Virus record (IMG/VR): IMGVR_UViG_3300017589_000110
Coordinates: 1-41,295 of that record
DNA: 41,295 bases
Direction: 5' to 3' (one strand)
Source: a virus
Taxonomy: Duplodnaviria; Caudoviricetes
Shown here: piece by piece, positions 1-9,239 of the stretch
How positions within the stretch are numbered: the first letter of the stretch is position 1
Layout: the number at the start of each line of letters is the position of its first letter
The notes under the pieces: generated by a model
The model's input: the letters and a program-made list of their open reading frames with translations, nothing else
Told to the model about the DNA's origin: nothing
Databases searched by the model: none
Program-made: the position numbers and the translations under genes

Positions 1-2
1 TA

Positions 3-305
3 GACAAATTTAAAGATGTAAATATAGAAACTTGTTATGGTGATCTATTCATAATTTGCAATGCACTTGATGATTATGCAAGGCAACTTGATAAAGTTAC
101 TGAAGAAAGAGATCTAAATAATGCAAGTAAGATGCAATTTGAATATCATTCTAATAGATGCCGTAAAATCAGCAATAGCTTAGCTTTGCAAATGGGATAT
201 GACAAAGAGAAAGTAATGAAAAAGTGTTTAAAAAGAAAAGGGAACGCAGCTGGTGATGTAGGAGAAGATGCTTTGACATTGTCCGTAAAGGCAATAAAAA
301 AATAA
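3..305 (+). CDS. Phage hypothetical protein, 5'-truncated by window edge
   Basis: Open frame 3 from the window start (DKFKDVNIETCYGDLF...VKAIKK) to TAA at 303-305; not in ORF track. Confidence 0.7.
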   Translation, partial: DKFKDVNIETCYGDLFIICNALDDYARQLDKVTEERDLNNASKMQFEYHSNRCRKISNSLALQMGYDKEKVMKKCLKRKGNAAGDVGEDALTLSVKAIKK

Positions 306-326
306 AAGTCATGGAGGAATTTAATA

Positions 327-656
327 ATGAAATGGAATAAAGAACAGGAGCAACAATTAAGAAATTTATGTTTTCAAGAAAAATCTAATAAGGAAATAGC
401 TGAAATAATGGGAATTGAATTATCGGACGTACATAATGGTCGTAGTAGATTTGGAATAACAGTAGCGAAAGTAGCAGCTGCTAAAGTTTCAGTAAAAGAG
501 TTACTAGCTACGGATCAGAAAGTAAAGAGGTCGAAAGAAGATGTAAGTGTAGAGATTGCAAAGGTTGAAAAGGCTCAAGTTGAAGCGGTTAAAAAGGTTT
601 GGAAATGTACTCAAAGATTAGAAGTTTTAAGAGAGGAGTTGAAAGAAGCTAAATGA
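327..656 (+). CDS. Phage HTH DNA-binding protein (GcrA/Myb-like N-terminus)
   Basis: GGAGG RBS; MKWNKEQEQQL...SNKEIAEIMG helix-turn-helix-like pattern; C-terminal coiled coil. Confidence 0.65.
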   Translation: MKWNKEQEQQLRNLCFQEKSNKEIAEIMGIELSDVHNGRSRFGITVAKVAAAKVSVKELLATDQKVKRSKEDVSVEIAKVEKAQVEAVKKVWKCTQRLEVLREELKEAK

Positions 657-853
657 AAATAATAACAAAAAGTGAAGATGAAAAGATTGAATGCTTTTAC
701 GATTCTGTAAAAAGCAAAAACACATTTACAATATCAGTACCAAACGGTTTGTTTTGTGGAGTAATCATTAGAATTAATGTAGCGTGGTTAGATGGACTAA
801 TAAGTGCTCTCGCTGATTTAAGACAAAGGATAAAAATTGCTACTGGGAGGTGA
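653..853 (+). CDS. Phage hypothetical protein
   Basis: ATGA overlap with upstream gene; operon context. Confidence 0.6.
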   Translation: MKIITKSEDEKIECFYDSVKSKNTFTISVPNGLFCGVIIRINVAWLDGLISALADLRQRIKIATGR

Positions 854-854
854 T

Positions 855-974
855 ATGTATGGCATATCTGAATATGCAGCTTGTAATAGAATGGGTTACT
901 ACAAAAAAGTAATAGACCGCTCCACTGCAAATGGTAACGGTCGTGTCCAATTAAGGACAAAAAGAAATGCTTAA
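855..974 (+). CDS. Small phage hypothetical protein (39 aa, MYGISEYAACNRMGYY...)
   Basis: GGAGGTGA RBS directly upstream (tight spacing); fills the gap; below ORF-track cutoff. Confidence 0.5.
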   Translation: MYGISEYAACNRMGYYKKVIDRSTANGNGRVQLRTKRNA

Positions 975-1021
975 CTAAGTATAGCAAATAAAACTTAAAA
1001 ATACAATAGGAGGAAATATAA

Positions 1022-2317
1022 ATGAGTATGAAAATTAATAAATTAGAAATTGAAAATGTAAAGAGAGTAAAAGCTGTAAAAATAGAGCCTACTGCAAATG
1101 GATTAACTGTAATAGGTGGTAAAAACAATCAAGGCAAAACTTCTGTACTAGACTCTATTGCTTGGGCGCTTGGTGGAGATAAATATAGACCATCAGATGC
1201 TCAACGTAACGATTCAGTTATACCACCAAATTTAAAAATAGTAATGGATAATGGCTTGATAGTTGAACGCAAAGGAAAAAATAGTGACTTGAAAGTAATT
1301 GATCCTGATGGTAAGAAGTCAGGACAGCAACTCTTAAATGAATTTGTTGAGCAATTAGCATTAGATCTTCCTAAGTTTATGCAGTCTACGAGCAAAGAAA
1401 AAGCTGACACATTACTTCAGATTATTGGTGTTGGGGACAAGTTATATACATTAGAGCAGCAAGAACTATCACTGTACAATAAACGTAAAACAATAGGCCA
1501 GATAGCAGACCAAAAAAAGAAATTTGCAAAAGAAATGACTTATTATCCTGATGCTCCAAAAGTTCCTATTTCTGCATCAGAATTAATTAAGCAGCAACAA
1601 GAAATACTTGCACGTAATGGAGAGAACCAGCGTAAACGAGACAATGCCTATACGCTACAAGCTAACAGAAATAGACTTGCAGAAAAAGTAAATTTTCTAA
1701 GAAAAGAACTTAAAAAATATGAGGATGAACTTGCTAATGCCGAAAAAGATATGAATATTGCCTTTAAGACGGCAGAGGATCTTTATGATGAATCTACAGA
1801 AGAACTAGAAAACAACATAACCAACATTGAAGCAATTAATCGTAAGGTTAGGACCAATTTAGATAAGGATAAAGCTGAAGAGGATGCTTTAGATTACACT
1901 AGCCAATATAATACCTTAACATCAAAAATAGATACAGTAAGACAATCTAAAATTGACTTACTGAAAGGTGCTAACTTACCATTACCTGGATTATCTGTAG
2001 TAGATGGAGAACTGACTTACAACGGTTTCAAATGGGACAATCTAAGCGGTTCAGACCAATTAAAAGTATCGACAGCCATTGTCAGAGGATTAAATCCAAA
2101 ATGCGGATTTATCTTATTAGATAAGTTGGAACAAATGGACCTGGACACATTAAAAGAGTTTGGTGAATGGTTAGAGCAAGAAGGCTTACAAGCAATAGCT
2201 ACAAGGGTTTCAACAGGCAATGAATGCAGCATTATCATTGAAGATGGTTATGTTGCAGGAGCTGAGAAAATTGAAGTAAAAGAAGAAATACCAACATGGA
2301 AATCAGGTGAATTTTAA
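1022..2317 (+). CDS. SMC/Rad50-like coiled-coil ATPase (AAA_23), phage recombination module
   Basis: Walker A GKNNQGKT, central coiled coil, LSGS signature, Walker B-like ILLDKLE; AGGAGG RBS. Confidence 0.85.
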   Translation: MSMKINKLEIENVKRVKAVKIEPTANGLTVIGGKNNQGKTSVLDSIAWALGGDKYRPSDAQRNDSVIPPNLKIVMDNGLIVERKGKNSDLKVIDPDGKKSGQQLLNEFVEQLALDLPKFMQSTSKEKADTLLQIIGVGDKLYTLEQQELSLYNKRKTIGQIADQKKKFAKEMTYYPDAPKVPISASELIKQQQEILARNGENQRKRDNAYTLQANRNRLAEKVNFLRKELKKYEDELANAEKDMNIAFKTAEDLYDESTEELENNITNIEAINRKVRTNLDKDKAEEDALDYTSQYNTLTSKIDTVRQSKIDLLKGANLPLPGLSVVDGELTYNGFKWDNLSGSDQLKVSTAIVRGLNPKCGFILLDKLEQMDLDTLKEFGEWLEQEGLQAIATRVSTGNECSIIIEDGYVAGAEKIEVKEEIPTWKSGEF

Positions 2318-2319
2318 TC

Positions 2320-3552
2320 ATGGAAATAACAAGAGGCAAATTAAGCAAACCACAGAAAGTAGTTATTTATGGTCCCGAAGGTGTAGGAAAATCAACTTTT
2401 GCATCTAAGTTTCCAGACCCTTTGTTTATTGATACAGAGGATAGCACAGTGCGTATGGATGTAGCTAGATTACCCAAACCATCATCATGGACAATGGTAC
2501 TTCAGCAAATAGCTTATGTAAAGGCTAATCCTAAAATCTGTAAAACATTAGTTGTTGATACAGCAGATTGGGCTGAAAGACTTTGCTCTGAACATATTTG
2601 TTCAAAATCTAATGTAAAAGGAATCGAAGATTTCGGCTACGGTAAAGGTTATGTATATCTAGAAGAGGAATTTGGAAGATTTTTAAATCAGCTTCAAGAT
2701 ATTATTGAAATAGGAATTAATGTAGTTGTCACAGCTCATGCTGAAATAAAGAAAATTGAACAACCTGAAGAGATTGGCGGATATGATCATTGGCAGCTTA
2801 AACTTGAAAAGAAGACTATGCCACTTCTAAAAGAATGGGCAGATATCTTACTTTTAGCTAACTACAAACTATATGTAGTCAATGTAGATAATCAGGGCGC
2901 AACTAAAGGAAAGAACAAAGCTCAAGGTGGTTTAAGAGTAATGTATACAAATCACACACCTTGGTGGGATGCAAAGAACAGACATGATCTTCCTGATGAG
3001 CTACCATTTGACTATAGCAAAATAGCTCATATATTTGACAACAACCAGTCAACTGTAACTCAAACAGTAAAGGTTGAGTTACTTAAGACAAAAACGATTA
3101 ATGAACCTCGAAAATTCAAAGAGGATACATATTTCTATCATCCTGAAAGTGATGCGTATTTCATTTGTAAAAAAGGTGAAGTTATACCAACAGATGCTGA
3201 CTTCCAGTTGTCAAATGAAATAACAAAAGCTCAATATGAAAAAGGAATAATAAAACAGAAAACTAATAATAATCGTACAACTATAACACCTAAAGCTGAC
3301 TTAAAAGATGTCCCAAAGGCTCTGGCTGACTTAATGAAAGCTAACGATGTAACTGTGGAAGAAATTCAAGATGTAGTTGCTAATCGTGGATATTATCCAC
3401 ACAATACACCAATTGAAAATTATGATCCTAATTTTATAACTGGTGTATTAGTGGGGGCTTGGGAACAAGTATTTAAAATGATTGAAGATAGCAGGGATAT
3501 ATTTACACCGGTTGCTGACGATGAAATACCTTTTGAAAAGACTAAATTATAA
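2320..3552 (+). CDS. Sak4-like ssDNA annealing ATPase (AAA_24)
   Basis: YGPEGVGKST Walker A, LVVDTADW Walker B, GYGKGY and AKNR motifs; followed by a DUF669 SSB. Confidence 0.85.
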   Translation: MEITRGKLSKPQKVVIYGPEGVGKSTFASKFPDPLFIDTEDSTVRMDVARLPKPSSWTMVLQQIAYVKANPKICKTLVVDTADWAERLCSEHICSKSNVKGIEDFGYGKGYVYLEEEFGRFLNQLQDIIEIGINVVVTAHAEIKKIEQPEEIGGYDHWQLKLEKKTMPLLKEWADILLLANYKLYVVNVDNQGATKGKNKAQGGLRVMYTNHTPWWDAKNRHDLPDELPFDYSKIAHIFDNNQSTVTQTVKVELLKTKTINEPRKFKEDTYFYHPESDAYFICKKGEVIPTDADFQLSNEITKAQYEKGIIKQKTNNNRTTITPKADLKDVPKALADLMKANDVTVEEIQDVVANRGYYPHNTPIENYDPNFITGVLVGAWEQVFKMIEDSRDIFTPVADDEIPFEKTKL

Positions 3553-3566
3553 AGGAGAATGCAAAT

Positions 3567-4022
3567 ATGAATGATATTGAAAGAGAAATAGGTTGGGATG
3601 ACCAGATAGAAAAGGATGGACCGGAATTTACAATTTTACCTGAAGGTGACTATGACTTTGAAGTAACAGAATTCGAAAGAGCTAGACACGCAGGTAGTGA
3701 AAAATTGCCAGCATGCAACAAAGCAGTAGTACACATTAAAATAGAAGGGCCTGAAGGAATATCTACAATAAAACATAATTTATTCCTACATAGTAAAACC
3801 GAAGGTATGTTATGTGCATTTTTTACAGCTATTGGTCAACGTAAAAAAGGTGAAAAAGTTAGTATGAACTGGAATGCAGTCGTAGGTTCAAGAGGCAGAG
3901 CAAAAGTAGGAATTAAGAAATGGAAAAATGATAATGGTGTTGAAATGACATTTAACGAAATCAAAAAGTTCTATGAACCAGATGATAATAAAAATGTAAA
4001 CTTTCAGGCTGGGAGGTTTTAG
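3567..4022 (+). CDS. DUF669 / gp2.5-like single-stranded DNA-binding protein
   Basis: LPEGDYDFEV motif and NEIKKF end; usual partner of Sak4. Confidence 0.75.
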   Translation: MNDIEREIGWDDQIEKDGPEFTILPEGDYDFEVTEFERARHAGSEKLPACNKAVVHIKIEGPEGISTIKHNLFLHSKTEGMLCAFFTAIGQRKKGEKVSMNWNAVVGSRGRAKVGIKKWKNDNGVEMTFNEIKKFYEPDDNKNVNFQAGRF

Positions 4023-4024
4023 TC

Positions 4025-5644
4025 ATGCAACTAAGACCCTATCAACAGGCTGCTAGAGAAGCAATTCTGGGTGAATGGGATAAGGGAAACAAAAAAACTC
4101 TATTGGTGCTACCAACAGGTACTGGGAAAACAATAGTTTTCTCGGGTGTTGCAGAAGACTGTGTTCGAAATGGTGAGCGTGTTTTAATCATGGCTCACCG
4201 TGGAGAGCTTCTTGATCAAGCAGCAGATAAATTAAGTCAAGCTACAGGTCTTAAATGCGCAGTAGAAAAAGCAGAAGATAGTTGCTTAGGGAGTTGGTTT
4301 AGAGTTGTTGTTGGATCTGTTCAAACCCTTATGAGGGAAAAGCGTCTTACTCAATTTCCAAAGAATTTTTTTGACACCATTATTGTTGATGAAGCTCATC
4401 ATTGCATTTCAGATAGTTATCAAAAGGTATTAAATTATTTTGAAGAGTCTAAAGTTTTAGGAGTAACAGCTACTCCTGATCGTGGAGATATGAAAAATCT
4501 AGGTACATATTTTGAAAGCCTAGCATATGAATATACTTTACCAAAGGCAATAAAAGAGGGTTATTTAACTCCTATTAAAGCACAAACTATACCTCTTAAG
4601 TTAGATCTTACTGGAGTAGGACAACAAGCAGGAGATTTCAAAACAAGTGATTTAGGAACTGCATTAGATCCTTATTTATACCAAATTGCTGATGAAATGG
4701 CTAAGTACTGTATGGATAGAAAATCAGTAGTGTTTTTACCTCTTGTAAAGACTAGTCAAAAATTCAGAGACATTTTACAATCTAAAGGATTTGAAGCTGC
4801 AGAAGTAAACGGAGACAGCAAAGACAGAGCGGAAGTATTAGCAGATTTTGACTCAGGTAAATACAACGTGCTATGTAATTCTATGTTATTAACCGAGGGT
4901 TGGGATTGTCCATCTGTAGATTGTATTGTAGTTCTTAGACCTACTAAAGTACGTAGCTTATATAGCCAAATGGTGGGGCGTGGGACAAGGCTATTCCCTG
5001 GTAAAGAATATTTACTTTTACTAGATTTTTTATGGCATACAGAACGCCATGAACTTTGCCATCCAGCTCACCTGATATGTGAAAATGAAGAAATTGCACA
5101 AAAGATGACTGAAAATATTGAAGAAGCAGGTTGTCCTGTAGATATAGAAGAAGCTGAACAACAAGCAACCGAGGATGTAGTATCTCAACGTGAAGAAGCC
5201 CTTGCTAAACTACTTAAAGAAATGAGAAGCCGTAAACGAAAATTAGTTGATCCTTTACAATTTGAAATGAGTATCCAAGCCGAAGATTTAGCAAGCTATG
5301 TTCCTACATTTGGTTGGGAAATGGGACCACCTTCTGACAAGCAAATTAAAACACTTGAAAAAATGGGAATATTTCCTGATGAAATTGATAATGCAGGTAA
5401 AGCTACTAAATTACTTGAAAGACTTGATAAGAGACGTTGGGATGGCTTAACTACTCCTAAGCAAATTAGATTTTTGGAAAGTAGAGGGTTTAATAAGGTG
5501 GGTACCTGGCAATTTGAAGGTGCAAAAAATTTAATTGATAGAATTGCAGCTAATGGTTGGAAAGTACCTAGAGACATTATACCTAATGAATTCAAGCCTG
5601 AATATATACCAAAAGAGGTGAGTAGTGAATGGAATATAATTTAA
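4025..5644 (+). CDS. Superfamily 2 DEAD/DEAH-box helicase (ResIII + Helicase_C)
   Basis: LRPYQ Q-motif, PTGTGKT, DEAHH, TATP, LTEGWD, QMVGRGTR. Confidence 0.93.
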   Translation: MQLRPYQQAAREAILGEWDKGNKKTLLVLPTGTGKTIVFSGVAEDCVRNGERVLIMAHRGELLDQAADKLSQATGLKCAVEKAEDSCLGSWFRVVVGSVQTLMREKRLTQFPKNFFDTIIVDEAHHCISDSYQKVLNYFEESKVLGVTATPDRGDMKNLGTYFESLAYEYTLPKAIKEGYLTPIKAQTIPLKLDLTGVGQQAGDFKTSDLGTALDPYLYQIADEMAKYCMDRKSVVFLPLVKTSQKFRDILQSKGFEAAEVNGDSKDRAEVLADFDSGKYNVLCNSMLLTEGWDCPSVDCIVVLRPTKVRSLYSQMVGRGTRLFPGKEYLLLLDFLWHTERHELCHPAHLICENEEIAQKMTENIEEAGCPVDIEEAEQQATEDVVSQREEALAKLLKEMRSRKRKLVDPLQFEMSIQAEDLASYVPTFGWEMGPPSDKQIKTLEKMGIFPDEIDNAGKATKLLERLDKRRWDGLTTPKQIRFLESRGFNKVGTWQFEGAKNLIDRIAANGWKVPRDIIPNEFKPEYIPKEVSSEWNII

Positions 5645-7851
5645 TTGAGATATTGGATTGCGTTGATCCATCACTACTAGATTATCAGGAATGGGTATCT
5701 GTAGGGATGGCATTAAAGGACGATGGCAAGACAGCTTTTGATTGGGATATGTGGAGTCAGAGAGATAGTAATAGATATCATCCAGGAGAATGTTTCAAAA
5801 AATGGGACAGCTTTCGTGGAACTGCCAAACCTGTTACTGCAGGATCTATTGTACAAATGGCAAGAAACCAGGGATGGCTTCCTAAACAAGAATATATTAA
5901 TAATAGTGAAAGTAAAGCGCTAGAATGGGACGACATCATAGGAGCAAAAGACGAATTAGTAATTGTAGACAGAAACTGGCTTGAAGGTAAAGACATTGAG
6001 GAGCCGAATGATTGGGATCCTGTTGGCCAACTTGTAAAGTATTTAGAAATATTGTTTGAAGCATCTGAAAATGTAGGATATGTGACAGATAGTTGGGAGA
6101 AAGACGGTAAGTATCTCCCGACAAAAGGAGCATGGGACAGGACTGCAGGTGAATTAATACAGCTGCTAAATAATTGTAAAGGTGACATAGGCTCTGTATT
6201 AGGTGATTATAAAGAAGAAGCTGGTGCCTGGATAAGGTTCAACCCATTAGATGGTAAAGGTGTTAAAAATGATAATGTTACAGATTTTAGGTATGCGCTT
6301 GTTGAATCTGATGATATGCCAGTAGACCAACAGAATGCTATTTATAGAGAACTTGAATTACCAATAGCATGTTTGGTACACAGTGGAGGTAAAAGTCTTC
6401 ACGCCATTGTTAGAATTGACGCAGGCAACTATGACGAGTACAGAAAACGGGTAGATTATTTATATAACATTTGTAAAAAAAACGGATTAAAGGTTGATAA
6501 TCAAAACAGAAATCCTAGTAGACTTAGCCGCATGCCTGGCATTATGAGAAAAGGAAATAAGCAATTTCTCGCTGATACAAATATCGGTAAAGAGTCATGG
6601 AAAGAATGGCAAGAATGGATTGAATCTATTAATGATGATTTACCTGATCCGGAAAGCATGGCTAGTGTATGGGACAATCTTCCGGACTTAGCACCATCTT
6701 TAATTGATGGAATACTTAGGCAAGGTCATAAAATGCTTTTAGCAGGTCCATCTAAAGCAGGTAAATCATTTTCTTTAATAGAATTGAGTTGTGCTATCGC
6801 TGAAGGTAAAAAGTGGCTAAACTGGAATTGTACTCAGGGTAAGATTATGTATGTAAACCTAGAGTTAGATAGAGCAAGTTGCTTACATAGATTTAAAGAT
6901 GTGTACAATGCTCTTGGATGGGAGCCTAATAATCTTCAAAACATAGATATATGGAATCTTAGGGGTAAGTCAGTACCAATGGATAAGCTGGCTCCAAAGT
7001 TAATAAGGCGGGCTCAAAAAAAGAATTATATAGCAATAATTATTGATCCTATTTACAAAGTTATTACCGGTGATGAAAACAGTGCGGACCAGATGGCAAC
7101 ATTTTGTAATCAGTTTGATAAGGTATGTACTGAATTAGGTTCTGCAGTTATTTATTGCCACCATCATTCAAAAGGCGGTCAGGGTAATAAAAAGAGTATG
7201 GACAGGGCATCAGGGAGTGGCGTGTTTGCTCGTGATCCAGATGCTCTCTTGGACCTTATTGAATTAGAATTAAATGATAACTTATTGAAACAAACAGAGA
7301 ACAATGCTATTTGCAAAATTTGTGAGAATTGGCTTAAAAAGTACCTTGATAATTGTAATTGGGATGAAGAAGTATCAAGAGACGATTTGTGCTCCAGCAG
7401 TAGGATGTTAGAAATCAGTAAGATACAATTAAGGCCTGAAGTGTATCAGCAACTAAATAAGGAAGTTGAAACAGTTAAAAAGCTAGCACAGCAGCGGTCA
7501 GCGTGGAGAATCGAAGGAACATTAAGAGAGTTTCCAAAATTTGCACCAGTTAATTTGTGGTTTGATTATCCAGTTCATAATGTGGATCACGTAGGAGTCT
7601 TGAAAACTGTAGATACCGAAGGGGAAAAGGCTCCTTGGCAAAAGAATTTAGGACGTAAAAAATCAAAGGAAGAACTTAAAGAGGAACGCAAGCAATCACT
7701 AGAAACAGCTTATGAAGCACAGGGTATAAATGGGAAGGTTACAGTAAAAGACTTAGCTGAGCATATGGGCAAATCGGAAGATAGCGTAAGAAATTATATA
7801 AAAGAACATGGTGGATATTGGGTTGATAATGGGGAAGTCGGAAAGAAATAA
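5629..7851 (+). CDS. Primase-helicase (PriCT-2 + primase + AAA_25/RepA-like)
   Basis: YQEWVSVGMALK..W..WS (PriCT-2), SGGKSLH primase motif, GPSKAGKS Walker A, IIDP Walker B, HHHSKG. Confidence 0.88.
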   Translation: MEYNLIEILDCVDPSLLDYQEWVSVGMALKDDGKTAFDWDMWSQRDSNRYHPGECFKKWDSFRGTAKPVTAGSIVQMARNQGWLPKQEYINNSESKALEWDDIIGAKDELVIVDRNWLEGKDIEEPNDWDPVGQLVKYLEILFEASENVGYVTDSWEKDGKYLPTKGAWDRTAGELIQLLNNCKGDIGSVLGDYKEEAGAWIRFNPLDGKGVKNDNVTDFRYALVESDDMPVDQQNAIYRELELPIACLVHSGGKSLHAIVRIDAGNYDEYRKRVDYLYNICKKNGLKVDNQNRNPSRLSRMPGIMRKGNKQFLADTNIGKESWKEWQEWIESINDDLPDPESMASVWDNLPDLAPSLIDGILRQGHKMLLAGPSKAGKSFSLIELSCAIAEGKKWLNWNCTQGKIMYVNLELDRASCLHRFKDVYNALGWEPNNLQNIDIWNLRGKSVPMDKLAPKLIRRAQKKNYIAIIIDPIYKVITGDENSADQMATFCNQFDKVCTELGSAVIYCHHHSKGGQGNKKSMDRASGSGVFARDPDALLDLIELELNDNLLKQTENNAICKICENWLKKYLDNCNWDEEVSRDDLCSSSRMLEISKIQLRPEVYQQLNKEVETVKKLAQQRSAWRIEGTLREFPKFAPVNLWFDYPVHNVDHVGVLKTVDTEGEKAPWQKNLGRKKSKEELKEERKQSLETAYEAQGINGKVTVKDLAEHMGKSEDSVRNYIKEHGGYWVDNGEVGKK

Positions 7852-8151
7852 ACGAACGAAAAAACGGCATTTTGACTTTCGATTTTTTAGACTAAAAAAC
7901 GGTAGTTTGTTGATTTCGTCAATTTTATAATATAGGCGAAAAAACGAGTTTTCGACAATAAGTAAATAGACTAAAAACCGATACTTTCGGCAATTTCGGC
8001 AATGAGACGAAAAAACGGTAAAAGTCGGTTTTTCGGTAGACGAGCCGAAACCATATATTACATATATGTATTTTCGGCTCTCCCTCACGGTCAAGGGGAC
8101 AAGAAGTCGTGCGATAGCTCACGCACGACGACTCCTTCCCCTATCCTTGAC
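7851..8151. repeat. Putative phage replication origin: iterons plus nested hairpins
   Basis: CGAAAAAACG at 7857, 7937 and 8008; AGACTAAAAA at 7889 and 7968; TTTCGGCAA x2 (7985-8002); inverted repeats 8042-8080 and 8090-8151; directly after the primase gene. Confidence 0.65.
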
Positions 8152-8188
8152 AAAGCAGAAAAAATAAAAAAAGGCGGGTGTAAAAAAA

Positions 8189-8344
8189 ATGGAAAATAAG
8201 TATTGCCCTATAATGAAGGCTGTGTGTATAGAAAAAAAATGTATGTGGTATGTAACAGAGTTAAATGAATGTGCAATAAATACATTAGCTCAAGCAACCG
8301 ATAGTCAGGCTAATGCATTTGAGGAATTAAAAAATGAGGACTGA
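8189..8344 (+). CDS. Small Cys-rich phage protein (51 aa, MENKYCPIMKAVCIEKKCMWY...EC)
   Basis: Open frame overlapping the rusA start; four Cys; not in ORF track. Confidence 0.6.
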   Translation: MENKYCPIMKAVCIEKKCMWYVTELNECAINTLAQATDSQANAFEELKNED

Positions 8345-8786
8345 GTTCTTTATGCCGATGATAACACCAACTAAAACGCACCAGGAGAAACAGGTACGAG
8401 TTGTAAAAGGTAAGCCAATATTTTATGAACCAGCTGAACTCAAAGCAGTACGCTCTAAGTTAATGGCTCACCTGGCTAAACATATACCTGAAGAAAAATA
8501 TACTGCAGCTGTAAGATTAACAACAAAATGGCTCTTTCCTTCCGGTAAACATGGAGACGGAATTTATAAAACAACTAAACCAGATACAGATAATTTAATT
8601 AAGATGCTTAAGGATGTTATGACAGACTTAAAATATTGGACTGATGATAGTTTGGTGGCTTCTGAGGTAACAGAGAAGTTTTGGGCGGATAGACCTGGTA
8701 TTTATATCAAGATTGAAAATTTATATGGAGATGATATTTGTCCGCATGGTGATAATTATGATGACTGTCCTGACTGTAGACATTAA
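8334..8786 (+). CDS. rusA: RusA-family Holliday junction resolvase
   Basis: KPDTDNLIKMLKD and W.DD..V motifs. Confidence 0.9.
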   Translation: MRTEFFMPMITPTKTHQEKQVRVVKGKPIFYEPAELKAVRSKLMAHLAKHIPEEKYTAAVRLTTKWLFPSGKHGDGIYKTTKPDTDNLIKMLKDVMTDLKYWTDDSLVASEVTEKFWADRPGIYIKIENLYGDDICPHGDNYDDCPDCRH

Positions 8787-8806
8787 GAAATTTGGAGGCG
8801 CTAACT

Positions 8807-9085
8807 ATGGATGATCCAAGACCGGATTTAAAACAAGACAGTGAAGAGTGGGATTGGTTTTTAAAACGTGCTTATGACATGAATCAAGATCTAGCATATA
8901 TACTTCATGGATTCAGGTGTAGTGGATTAAGATTACTTAAGAGTAATGCTGGTTATGTAATGAGACCTGAATTCAATTCAAATACTTTATGGGACAAACA
9001 ATCAGAGTACGATAAAGATAAAAGTCAATGGCTGCTGAAATATACAAAAGAGATTATAGAATTATTAAATAAGCTTGGAGGATGA
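8807..9085 (+). CDS. Phage hypothetical protein
   Basis: GGAGG RBS supports ATG at 8807 (MDDPRPDL...LHGFRCSG). Confidence 0.7.
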   Translation: MDDPRPDLKQDSEEWDWFLKRAYDMNQDLAYILHGFRCSGLRLLKSNAGYVMRPEFNSNTLWDKQSEYDKDKSQWLLKYTKEIIELLNKLGG

Positions 9086-9086
9086 A

Positions 9087-9239
9087 ATGAAAAAAGAATG
9101 TGATAACTGTAAAAATAAAAATACAACTATGATAGGGGATCTGGTATGTACAAATAAAATATCAGCATATTTTTCAGAATTAGTTAGAAAAGATGGTTTA
9201 TGTAAGTGCTGGGAGAAAAATAGTAAGGAGAGTGATTAA
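9087..9239 (+). CDS. Small zinc-finger-like protein (50 aa, CDNC...C...C.CW)
   Basis: GGAGG RBS, ATG 9087, TAA 9237-9239; not in ORF track. Confidence 0.65.
   Translation: MKKECDNCKNKNTTMIGDLVCTNKISAYFSELVRKDGLCKCWEKNSKESD

Noticed and set aside
7753-8199. ORFs 7753-8094(-), 7925-8122(-) and 8002-8199(+)
   Set aside because: They run through the iteron/hairpin region, lack RBSs, and have composition dictated by the repeats
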